DNA of 63,523 bases, the filler included, from Octopus bimaculoides (Eukaryota): assembly GCF_001194135.2 (NCBI RefSeq). It is 7 parts of 7 records of this genome, joined end to end, with 100 filler letters (N's around TTAATTAATTAA, not from the genome) between each part and the next. Parts side by side here need not be neighbours in the genome. Positions count along the whole stretch, not along the records: positions 2,740 to 30,005 come from NC_069005.1; positions 30,106 to 35,750 come from NC_068994.1; 5 more parts are not named here. One strand, given 5' to 3'. The first letter of the stretch is position 1, and every line of letters begins with the position of its first letter. Under the pieces are notes generated by a model, which saw nothing but the letters and a program-made list of their open reading frames with translations, had not been told where the DNA came from and ran no database searches. Of this stretch, positions 22,605 to 34,445 are shown piece after piece. The translations under genes were made by a program, and so were the position numbers.

Positions 22605-25600
22605 ATGGCTGAAACTAACAACATCACCACCAATGAAAACAGAACTGCTTCACCTGTAAGTTATTTAAGAAGATGTAAGTACTCTTCTTATTTTACTTGG
22701 ACTCAACAACTAAACCAAAATTTACTTCAGTGCTATGAAAAAAGCCTGAGATGATCCTTCAATCTGATACATGAAGCGGTTAAAAAATTACTGGGACTAT
22801 GCTCATCTCACCTTAAATACCTTCATGGTGAAACAGCTCCGACAACAAACATCTTTTGTAAAAAAACAAATCAACTGGTCCTCAATCCTCCCGAAACACT
22901 GATAAAGGATCAAAATCTGCCAGAAGCAGCATCAACAATAATGTAAACAAGCCACTGCTCCCGCCATCACTAAATTCAAGTGTGTCTCCAAATTTAGCTG
23001 ACTCAGTAGCGAAGACTGCAGAATACATGCAACTCAAAAACATTTTAAAATTACAATTCGCCATTTTCTCTCAAATTTGTTTATTTTTGTTATTTTTTAT
23101 GCCAAAAATCCCTGTTTTCGTATATGGAGGTTCCGGAAAATTGCCAAAAATCAGCATTGTGAAATTCCCCCCCCCTTTCCTCCCGAGCTTCCTCAATTTT
23201 GACTTTTTTCCCCAACACTAACCCTAAAACCCTAACCCTGACCCTAAAACCCCAACCCTAACCCTAAAACTGTAACCGTAAATACAGAAATGTTTCGAAA
23301 TTTTTGTCTGAATCATGATGTCTGTATTTTTCCGCATATTTACAAAAAAAAAAAANNNNNNNNNNNNNNNNNNNNNNNNNNNNNNNNNNNNNNNNNNNNN
23401 NNNNNNNNNNNNNNNNNNNNNNNNNNNNNNNNNNNNNNNNNNNNNNNNNNNNNNNNNNNNNNNNNNNNNNNNNNNNNNNNNNNNNNNNNNNNNNNNNNNN
23501 NNNNNNNNNNNNNNNNNNNNNNNNNNNNNNNNNNNNNNNNNNNNNNNNNNNNNNNNGGGGGGACGGGTGGAAGTGGGGGGACAGGCGGAAGTCTTGCCAA
23601 ATTTTGCTATTTTCTCGAAGCTTTCGCTGAGCAACAGACCATTCCCAACACGAGTGAGAAAAAATCCAATCGATCAAATGTTTAAGGTTTCAACGATGTT
23701 CCTGGAGAGCACATGGAATCATGTGATGTTAATTACTGGAATATTAATACTCTTATATACACAACTGCTATTACTCTTAAAGAACACCTAGGAGAAATCT
23801 ACGAAAGTAACGAAATTATTAAACAGAAACAACCTAGATGGAAAACAAAACTAGAAGAAAACATCAAGAACATGCACTGCCATATTGAATGGTTAACTAC
23901 AACAATAAAATGTAAGGAGAAAATTGAGTTTACACCTCACCATCTTAGAGAAAAGTTAATGAAACTTTATGGCAACTATTCACACTGAGCCCTTGAAGGA
24001 AAGCTAATCACTTTAAAACATGAACTCAGGATGATGAGTGAGAAACTTCACTATTGCAAGCGAAATTTTGAGCGAGCCAATCAATTTGCTTCCAACCCAC
24101 AAGCATTATACAGAGATATGAGGAAGGAAAATATTACCATTAAGAAACTCCTTCCCAAGAAGATCTACAATCATTCTGGTCAAAAATTTGGAATGAAAAG
24201 AGGGATTTCAACCTGAAAGTATCATGGTTAAATATGATTGAGAGAGAATACTGTACCAGGACTAACAGTAACACATACAAAATTGATGAAGAAACCTTTG
24301 CTATAGCAGTAGGCAAACTGCAGAATGGGAAAGCACTTGGAAGGGGCCTAATAGTTGGATATTGGTACAAAAACCTGACATTTTATAGAAACCAATTGAT
24401 ATGTATGTTCAAAAAGACTGCGGTAGGTCAGACTGATATACCACATTGGCTTGCTACAGCAAAGACAAAACTTGTTCCCAAAAATGAAATCAACGAGATG
24501 GCAGGAAACTTCAGGCCCATTGCTTGCCTAAACATTATGTACACAAGTTGCCTTGACCAATTCCTCCAGGACCATTGTGAGTCGAACAACATTGTGACTG
24601 ACGAACAGGCTGATGGAAATAAGGGAGTATGGGGATGTGCTGAACAACTTTTAATAAACAAAGCTGTACAGTCTGAAGTAAGAAAACAGCACAGAAACCT
24701 TGTGACAATATGACTTGACTATAAGAAGGCATTCGACTCTATCACTCATTCATGGCTGTTGAAGTGCCTACATCTGGCAAAGGTACCTACTGCTTTAATT
24801 ACTGCTATAGAGAGACTCACAAAGACATGGACAACTGAGAACAGAATAATTGTTTCTAATAGTGAGCATAGGCATTACAAAGGGAATATTCCAAGGAGAT
24901 AAGTCTTTTTGTAATTCTTTTCATTTTGGCACTGAATCCATTATCATTTCTACTGTAGAAAACAAATGGTTACATGCAAGGATCTTCAACTGCTAGAAAT
25001 ATTAACGTAACTCATAATTTCTTTGTAGACAACCTGAAGATTTATGCTAAAAGTGTTAACAATGCCAAAAAACAACTGGAATTAATAACAACATTTTCAG
25101 CTGAGATAGGCATGGAATTTGGCCAAAAGAAATGTTCATATTTGGTTGTAGAATGATGAAAGTTAGTCCCCCAAACCCCAAACCTGTGCATCAATGCACT
25201 CTCTATCTCCCCCATTCCACACAAAGAATGTTACAAGTACCTAGGCATAGACGAAAATGTATCATATAAAGGCACTGTGAATAAAGATAGAGTGACCCGA
25301 GAATATTATACCAGACTTAGGAAAATATGGCAGTCAGAACTCTCCTCTTACAATAAAACAATATCCTACAATGCATTTGTAGTACCAGTGCTGATCCCAA
25401 CATTTGGGATACTTGATTGGTCTGTAGAGGAAATCCACTCCATAGATATCAAAACCCACAAAATCCTGACAACAACTGGGGACTTCCACAGAAACAGTGG
25501 TGTTGACAGGCTCTGAGATCAGTGCAGACAGCCTTCAAATGCCTGAGATCAGTGCAGACAGTCTTCAAATGCCGTATGGTATTACTCAGGTAGCACCTAC

Positions 25601-25690
25601 TAAACAACAGCAGCACAAATAAAAATATTAATGCAGCCCTGAAAAGTGAAGTGAGCAACATTGTATGAGTTGGTAGTGAACTTCTCAAGA
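22605..25690 (+). mobile_element. R4/Dong-clade non-LTR retrotransposon, decayed, 3'-truncated and interrupted
   Basis: N-terminus MAETN..WTQQLNQNLLQCYEK..YMKRLKNYWD and YWNINTLIY..PRWKTKLE; RT motifs NFRPIACLN, GCAEQLLINKAV, DYKKAFDS, KGIFQG, FVDNLKIYAK, FGQKKC, YKYLG and AFVVPVLIPTFGILDWS. A 30-bp tandem duplication is at 25513-25572. Confidence 0.85.
23071..23602. mobile_element. Insertion inside the R4 ORF carrying telomere-like repeats
   Basis: Flanked by TTCGCCATTTTCTC (23057-23070) and TTTGCTATTTTCTC (23603-23616). Degenerate (TAACCC)n at 23218-23280. About 200 N inside. Confidence 0.6.
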
Positions 25691-28161
25691 TGTGGGGCAG
25701 GACGAGAGTCTCAGCATATTCCCTTCACCAACTATGGTCTGATATGGAGGCTGTGAATTTGAGGCAGAGATCATGCTTGTTTGATGCGTCTACTCTGCCA
25801 CAATGGCTTGACATTGCTTGGCAGATGGATGCAGTTTTTATACTCTTACCCAAGAGTGGTTAAGTTGATTACATCAACCCCAGTGCCCAACTGGTACTTA
25901 TTTTATTGAACCCCAAAAGAATGTAAGGCAAAGATGACCTCAGTGGAATATGAACTAAGAATGTAAGAATAGATAAAATACTGCTAAGTATTTTGTCCAG
26001 CACACGATTCTGCCAACTCACATACATATATATATGCACACAAGGACTGAATATGGGCAATCCAAATCCACATATATATGTGTGTGTGTATGTATGTATA
26101 TATGTATGTATGTATCTATGTATATGCATGTATTGGTTTCAATTTATACACAAGGCCAGCAATTTTAGGGTGAGGGATAAATCAATCACATCAACCCCAG
26201 TGCTCAACTGGTACTTATTTTATCCCCAAAAGGATAAAAGGCAAAACTGACCTTGGTGGCATTTGAAATCAGAATGTAAAGACGGAATAAATGCTGCTAA
26301 GCATTTTGCCTAGCTTGGTAACGCTTCTGCCAGCTCACTGCCTTTGTATATGTATATATTGCCATCTATGTATTCTACTATGTACCACACACTTCTTGGA
26401 GGCATGATGCTGTAGAGTTGTCTGAGATAAAATCTCTTCATCAATTTCTTGTGTTAAAACTACAGTATACATCAGAGCAAATGAACATCATCACTGCAGT
26501 GCATCAGGAAAATGTCAGATGCGTTTTGCCTAGATTGATGCTGGGTGGTGCCATGCAACCTGATTGTCATCTGCTTAAATGAAAATTGTGTTTTGACATA
26601 ATGAAAACTGAATAGAATATTCACTGATGTTGTGAAAGTTTGCTGAATTGGGCTGAATGTTGTGTACAACTGTTTATCTCATGTTAAACTCATCACTCAA
26701 AGTTATCCAATATCAAATTGATATCTACTTAACTACAAAACATTTCATAGTGACAATGATGATAAAGATGACAACAGTGGTAGAGGTGATGTGCTGTGGT
26801 AACATTGGTGGTGATTGTGATGGTGGTGGTAATTGTGATGGTGGTGATAATTGTGGTGGTGGTACAAGTATGGGTGGTGCAGGTACAGTGGCTTTCATGA
26901 CTACGAGTGCCAGTCTGGACCAAAGAGAGAGTTTCAACACAGTCACACAAACAGCTAGAAATAGCAGCAAAATCTCCCTCAAACCATATTCCATTGTCTC
27001 ATGAAAGGAAGAATAAACTAGGCAATGTAGTTCTAGATAAACTGCTTGAAAAGATGAAGGTTGTTATGGCTGTGATACTTTTGATTATGGGTCTACTTGA
27101 TCAAGTTTGACCTAGGGCTAAACAGCCACTATCAGCTCTGTCTTTTTAATCCTTTATATCCTTTGCTTGTTTCAATCATTCGATTGTGGCCAGGCTGGGG
27201 ATTTGCCTTGAAGAACTTTTAGTTGAATGAATCAATCTCATGACTTATTCTTTAAAGCCAGGTACTTATTCTATTGGTCTTTTTTGCCGATAGAATATTC
27301 TTGCGGGGTTGTAAACGCACCAACACTGGTTGTCAAGCGATGATGTGGGACAAACACAGACACAAACACACACATTTGATTTGAGGGAGATTTGTCTGCT
27401 ATATCTAGGATGTCAAACAACTATGGCAATGGCACTTTTGTTGGAAGGAGAGGCTTTAGTTTAGTTGAAATGTTGGCGTCCATTCTACATTACAGTTGAG
27501 TGCCTCTCAGTAGGAACGGCAGTTATGTAAACATAAACATTTACGTTAGCAATTAATATGCAAATACTTGAATTTAGGTCAGGACAGTAAATCACTGATT
27601 AAAAAAACCTTTGTGACTAAACAAAGCCAAGAGTTTTATTTCCGCTAGATGAAGGTCAGGTCACTTCATCTTTTGTAAGCTTGGATACCTTTAAAATTAA
27701 TCTTTTACCTTGTTATTGTTTGTTTCATGCTTTGTACTGCAGGGGCCCATGCTGGGGCACTGCCTTGAAGAATTTAGTCCAACAAATCAACTCCAGTATT
27801 TATTTTTTTTGATGCTGGGCAACTTATTCTATCAGTCTCTTTAGACAAACTACTGAGTTATGAGGACATATACAAACCAACACCCGTGGTCAAATGGTGA
27901 TAGGAGACAAACACACACACACACACACAGAGTCACACAAAGAGACACACGTGTGCGCATATATATATACGTACATACATCAGGTCATTAAGAATGAAAT
28001 GTCAGATTTTCTTATGCACCAAGTTTGACAGTCATTAACTCTAATCCTGACAATTATTTGTTTTACAACATTGAAGAATTACATCATCACTTTTTGAAAT
28101 GCAATTCATGGTGTCTGATTATATTGTGAGTTTTCTCTTGTAAAGGAATTTTTGTGAACCC

Positions 28162-29128
28162 ATGGATAGATAAAATATTCATGTTGTTTATGAATATGAC
28201 TTCCGTCATGGAACCAGGGCATCCCAGACAGCTGGAAGCATCAATGAGGTATTTGGTAAAGATGTGGTGAATGAGCGCACTGAACATCAATGATTTGAGA
28301 AGTTCCGGTCTGGTGACTTTACTCTTGAAAATCAGCCCTGTGGTAGACCTGAGACCAAGGTGGATAATGAGTTGGAAACTATAGTGGAAACGGATACATC
28401 TCAAACTATGCATGAGTTAGCAGCAAGATTTAATGTTTCGATTCCAACTATATTGGACCATCTGAAACAAATCGGCAAGGTAAAGAAGCTGGACAAGGGG
28501 GTACCATGTGAACTGAACGAGCATCAAATGACACGTCTGTCTTGAAACTTGCTGTTCTTTGCTGTCACGACATAAAAGCAAACTATTTTTGCATTGTATT
28601 GTTACATGTGATGAAAAATGGATTCTTTTCAACAATGGCAAGCATTTTGCATGGTGGACGGAGTGCCAAAACACAATCCAAAAAAGAATATATTCACCAA
28701 AAAAGCTAATGGTGTCTATTTGGTGGTCCAGCGCTGGTGTCATCCACTACAACTTCATGAGACCTGGTAGGTCAATTACAGTGGATGTATACATCGACCA
28801 ATTGGATGAAATGATGAGTGAACTTGCAATTAAGCAACCCAGATTGGTCAATAGAAACAGGACAATACTTGACCAGATGTTGCACAAAGACTGCTACTCA
28901 AGTTACAGGAACGGAACTTGGAAGTAGTCTGTCATCCACCATATTCACCAGACCTTGCACCAACTGACTATCATGTTTTCCCAACATTAAACAACATTTT
29001 ACTAGGAAAAAACTTCAAACCTGGAGAAGATGCAAAAACAACCTTTCTTGATTTCATTACCTCTTGCTCTCCAGACTTCTTCACTGCTAGCATAGATAAG
29101 CTACTGATAAAATGACAAAATTGTGTTG

Positions 29129-29130
<2 letters not shown>
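28162..29130 (+). pseudogene. Mariner (Hsmar1/SETMAR-like) transposase remnant
   Basis: YDFRHGTRASQTAGSINEVFG, FEKFRSGDFTLENQPCGRP, IVTCDEKWILF, KKLMVSIWWSSAG and HPPYSPDLAPTDYHVF. Stops and frameshifts; the 3' end is lost into (TA)n. Confidence 0.92.
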
Positions 29131-29186
<56 letters not shown>

Positions 29187-29319
29187 TATAATTTATCTAA
29201 ATCTGGATACACACTTCTTTATACATACACATCTGTGTTGGATTTCTTATTGGTAATGTTTTTTTTCTATATATATACATATATATGCATAAATATAATT
29301 CTTTTCCCAAATAAATTAC

Positions 29320-29410
29320 ACTTCATATTCAAGGCTCTGATGAAGCTATAAGGCACTCAACTATGAGTCTGCTGCACCTTATAGCAGAAACAGCTGTCAG
29401 TTAATGAAGT
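29320..29410 (+). ncRNA. Putative type I hammerhead ribozyme (dimer-type helix III)
   Basis: Core CTGATGA 29337-29343; 9-bp helix II GCTATAAGG/CCTTATAGC; GAAAC; palindrome ACAGCTGT; GTC cleavage triplet 29396-29398; helix I GGCT/AGTT plus ACTTCAT/ATGAAGT. There is a non-canonical A on each side of helix II. Confidence 0.65.
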
Positions 29411-29521
29411 CCGTAAGACAATCATTTCAATCATTTATTCTTTTGTCATCTCATTTTCTTATATATATATATATATATATACATACACACATATATGTGT
29501 GCGTGTGTGTGTGTGTATATA

Positions 29522-29553
<32 letters not shown>

Positions 29554-29649
29554 ACTCAGGGAATAATAATTATTTCAGGTTATCATGACATTTACTATTC
29601 TACACTTTACTAATGCAATGTAAACAGTATCATTTATATTTTATAAATA

Positions 29650-29680
29650 TACTAGCAGTATAACCCGACGTTGTCCGGGT
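29650..29680 (+). mobile_element. Helitron/Helentron-like terminus
   Basis: TACTAGCAG followed by the hairpin ACCCGAC-GTT-GTCCGGGT, a layout typical of non-autonomous rolling-circle element ends. The internal part was not identified. Confidence 0.4.
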
Positions 29681-30917
29681 GTGACTTATTACGCCACCTA
29701 CGATAAGTCTTGCTAGGTGAAAATCAACTAAAAAAGAAAGCCTTACAACGAAAAAACCCTTATGATGTAAATATGTTCATAATTCAAAAGACGAAATTAA
29801 TAGGGGAAGTCTGAAGGCTGTTTTGCGTAAATTTCATCCGTCTAATTGGCTATAGAAATGCTTGTGCAAAACAACTTTTTGCGCTGCCTTGATTACACAT
29901 AGCAGGGTAATTCCTTTTCGCAGGAGGTAGGACGGCAATTTCTGATGAAGCAATTGCTGGCGGTCTGTTGCTACACAGTTCTGCCAGAATTCTATCAGAT
30001 TGGGCNNNNNNNNNNNNNNNNNNNNNNNNNNNNNNNNNNNNNNNNNNNNTTAATTAATTAANNNNNNNNNNNNNNNNNNNNNNNNNNNNNNNNNNNNNNN
30101 NNNNNTATATACATAGCCAAGTAGGAAAATTTCAAACAATGTTTGTTGAAAATTGAGCGGTATTTATGTCCTTGGGAGAAGTTTTTGTTGATAATCCTAT
30201 AAAATAATTTAGCTGAGGTTCCTAACTCGGAGGGAAAAAGGTGGGTTAAACCAAATTATATCCCGTTATCTAGATTTTTCGATGATCGTGGATCAATTTC
30301 GCCAGTTATATTCTTAATTATTTATTCATTCGATGTCCACCCACCAATAGGAATTCATCATGTATAATTTTAACTGAACCTTACCACAAACAGTGAACCC
30401 CCATGAAGGAAATATTATTCGATGGAGTTGAATATGGACTGTTCCTACAGCCCCTTAATATTTTCTGAAACTGCCGTAGGATTTAACTGACTTTCACGTT
30501 TGCATGGTTTTTAATGGAATTTTACCTTCATGATATCTCGTATTACTGAACTCTATTTATTCTCCCTCGTATACATGTATCTACACACGCATACACAGTT
30601 TTCATGTTATTATATATTAGTTTACTTACATTTTATATTTCATTATTTTTATTGTATATTTTTTTATTATTTGAATTTTTAATATAAACATGTATCCCAT
30701 CCAAGTCTTATAAATCACTGTAAGCATGATTTTGTTTTCGGATGTAAAGTACTGACAACTGGAGGTTTTATCGTCTACAAAAGAGTTTTATTATTCCTTA
30801 GCTCATAAACAAGCAAAACAAATACAGTTGTACTATTTACACAGTATTGTCTCTATTAAAAATTCACTTATTAAACACACACACACACACATATATATAC
30901 ATATGTACGCATATATG

Positions 30918-30948
<31 letters not shown>

Positions 30949-31795
30949 GTGTATGTATGTATATGTATGTATGTATGTATATTTATGTGTATATATATAT
31001 ATATTATATATACATAGCAGCGACTCCATCTAAGAATATGTGAAGAAGGAATTGTATTCCGAAATATCATCGGACTATGGATAACTAAATTACAACAGGT
31101 GTATAGTCCATTTTTTGTATTATAGTGCATTGTTGTACCATTCAAAACTTTTTATTCTTTACATATATCTATATATATATATATATANNNNNNNNNNNNN
31201 NNNNNNNNNNNNNNNNNNNNNNNNNNNNNNNNNNNNNNNNNNNNNNNNNNNNNNNNNNNNNNNNNNNNNNNNNNNNNNNNNNNNNNNNNNNNNNNNNNNN
31301 NNNNNNNNNNNNNNNNNNNNNNNNNNNNNNNNNNNNNNNNNNNNNNNNNNNNNNNNNNNNNNNNNNNNNNNNNNNNNNNNNNNNNNNNNNNNNNNNNNNN
31401 NNNNNNNNNNNNNNNNNNNNNNNNNNNNNNNNNNNNNNNNNNNNNNNNNNNNNNNNNNNNNNNNNNNNNNNNNNNNNNNNNNNNNNNNNNNNNNNNNNNN
31501 NNNNNNNNNNNNNNNNNNNNNNNNNNNNNNNNNNNNNNNNNNNNNNNNNNNNNNNNNNNNNNNNNNNNNNNNNNNNNNNNNNNNNNNNNNNNNNNNNNNN
31601 NNNNNNNNNNNNNNNNNNNNNNNNNNNNNNNNNNNNNNNNNNNNNNNNNNNNNNNNNNNNNNNNNNNNNNNNNNNNNNNNNNNNNNNNNNNNNNNNNNNN
31701 NNNNNNNNNNNNNNNNNNNNNNNNNNNNNNNNNNNNNNNNNNNNNNNNNNNNNNNNNNNNNNNNNNNNNNNNNNNNNNNNNNNNNNNNNNNNNNN

Positions 31796-31829
<34 letters not shown>

Positions 31830-31988
31830 CATATACATACACACACATATATATGTATGTATGTATGTCTATATATATATATATATATACACATATATAT
31901 ATATATGTATACACGCACATACACACACACATATAAATGTATGTATGTATCTATGTATATGTATATACATATATATTCTATAAGTCAT

Positions 31989-33655
31989 ATGTTCCTGGTA
32001 TTTGGATCACCTACTATAGTACAATTTTTCGTAGCTACACACTACGGGATGTTGTTGCCTTTTGTGTGTTTTGGATGGCATGAGTTGAAATTCAGGTACT
32101 GGTGCGTGTTTCTGTGCTTTTGTAATAAATATCACTTATGATTGTGGTGTTGTCTTTAATTACCATTACATCGAGAAATGGCAATTGGTTGATTAGTTAT
32201 GTTTTTTACTTTGTTTCATGACTGGCAAATTTGTTTTGATGATGTTAAAAATGTTTTGGTGATGTAGATTGTGTTACTAGAAATGGTATTGTGTCCCGTT
32301 GAGGGATTCGTCTTTCTCGTGTTGCCTTAAGTTTTCTATAGGTATCTCTTTTGCTTGTTGTATGCTATTTTATTGTATGTAGGAGAGGGCATTTTTGATT
32401 GAGCAAAAATCCTTTGAGTTCTATAAATTGTATGTTCCTAGTATTTGGATCATCTACTATAGTACAAATTTTCCTAGCTACACGCTACGGGATGTTATTG
32501 CCTTTTGTGTGTTTTGGGTGACATGATTTGAAATTCAGGTACTGGTGCGTGTTTCTGTGCTTTTGTAATAAATATCAGTTATGATTGTGGTGTTGTTTTT
32601 AATTACCATTATGTCAAGAAATGGTTATTGTGTGTTGCTCATTTCTCTTGTGAATTTGAGACTAGGGTTTAGATTGTTGAAAAGGGTGCTGAATTCTTCT
32701 AGATTTTCTAGGGATTTGGTCCAAATTAGGAAACAATCATCTTTTCCACATATCTTCTATATGACTTTTAAAGGTGATACCGTAGTTTTCTTTAAATTTT
32801 TTATATAGGTTTTGTTCCAAAAACTGGAGCAAATGTATTGTTTTCGAGGATGAGACTGACCACGTCTAATATGCAGGTTACAGTAAATCTACTGGGGATC
32901 ACTTCTCTCTGTTTCTCGACCCAATATTTTACGGCAGTAATTCCCAACTCATGTGAAACGTTCGTATATAAGTTTGTAACATAAAATCTAACAGTGAATT
33001 GGATTCTGTTGTTTTGGGCAGATGTAACAGGAAATCGATGTCATCCCGAATGAAACTGGGTATGTGACTGCATAGTGGTTTTAAGATAACGTCAACGAGG
33101 TTGCTCAGACGATGTGCAGGACAGGATGGACCAGCTATAATGGGTTTTAGTTTAAGGTCTTTTGGTTGAAGCAGCTTTATGTATTCGCTACCTTTTCCCT
33201 TTACAGCGTTTTGTATTTCTTTTGACTTGTGTTTTTAGGTAAGCAATGGAGGTTGCTGGATTTCGGCTCAAAATTGGTAATATAGTCCCTTTCATTAGGA
33301 TTGAGGGAGTTACAATGTTTTAAGACTAAATAATTGAGTTTCTTCACAATGAAGTATTTCACGGTAGAATTTTGTCTCCTTCAAATGATCTTCAATTAGA
33401 TCCCGGTAATATTCCGTATCCATTATAATAATGGCACCCGCTTTATCCGCTTGCTTGATGACGACTGTGTTGTGATTCTTTAAGACGTATAAGGGCAGAC
33501 TTTTCTAGTTTTGAAATGTTTGGCCTGACATTGATGTTATGTCTCAGTTAAAATCTGGAGAGGATATCAATGAACTGATCTAGATGTGTATTTCGTCCTT
33601 TTGTCGGGTTAAATTTTAATTTATTTTTCGCCAAGGACTCGTCATTCTCATGTGT
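31989..33655 (-). mobile_element. Penelope-like element RT remnant with internal tandem duplication
   Basis: VVIKQADKAGAIIIMD, LPK..HKS, LKPIIAGPSCPAHRLS, VTNLYTNVSH, DDCFLIW, PFLDIMV and YLNFKSCHPKHTK. A 193-bp direct repeat is at 31989-32181 / 32432-32624. Confidence 0.85.
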
Positions 33656-34399
33656 ATGAATATATATATATATTCATACACAGCAGCCACTCAATGAAAA
33701 GATCTCCATCGTCGAACTAATCGTTTAAGATAGTTGGAATGCCGTAGTGCTAGCAGCTATGGAAGCATGCAGTATAGACGAATGATGAGGAGAGAAGGGC
33801 CTCGGTGGAGCGGCCGCGATCTTTTNNNNNNNNNNNNNNNNNNNNNNNNNNNNNNNNNNNNNNNNNNNNNNNNNNNNNNNNNNNNNNNNNNNNNNNNNNN
33901 NNNNNNNNNNNNNNNNNNNNNNNNNNNNNNNNNNNNNNNNNNNNNNNNNNNNNNNNNNNNNNNNNNNNNNNNNNNNNNNNNNNNNNNNNNNNNNNNNNNN
34001 NNNNNNNNNNNNNNNNNNNNNNNNNNNNNNNNNNNNNNNNNNNNNNNNNNNNNNNNNNNNNNNNNNNNNNNNNNNNNNNNNNNNNNNNNNNNNNNNNNNN
34101 NNNNNNNNNNNNNNNNNNNNNNNNNNNNNNNNNNNNNNNNNNNNNNNNNNNNNTATTAAATATTCTAGTGGAATATTAGGTACTCTCTAAGCGTAGATCT
34201 AGCCACAAAAAGCATTACATCATACGACATATAGCAGAGCAGGTTGAAAATTGATATGGATTGATGTCGATCAGTTTAGATCAGTCCGAAGCTTTGTTGG
34301 GTTATTAAACTAGTCACGTCTCGAAACCACTTAACATCGGATGCTCTGCCCTCTCCCTCTCTAACTCCCCCTCTCTTTCTCTCTTTCGCTCTGTCTGTT

Positions 34400-34445
<46 letters not shown>

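Noticed and set aside
22605-22660. Apparent first coding exon MAETNNITTNENRTASP|gtaagt
   Set aside because: The frame continues into sequence homologous to the N-terminus of the second R4/Dong element, so it is the retrotransposon ORF start.
23218-23280. True telomere or chromosome-fusion scar
   Set aside because: Only about 60 bp, degenerate, single orientation, and inside an insertion within a LINE.
26657-27110. Gly/Cys/Asp-rich ORF and an adjacent ORF with a hydrophobic C-terminus
   Set aside because: Derived from a degenerate (GGT/GAT)n tract; no convincing splice sites or homology.
29941-29990. CTGATGAAGCAATTGC as another hammerhead start
   Set aside because: No GAAA box or helix I/III partner downstream.
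33795-33825. GC-rich end with a NotI site next to a gap, as possible vector or adapter
   Set aside because: I do not recognise it as a specific linker and it is too short to call; a UniVec search would settle it.
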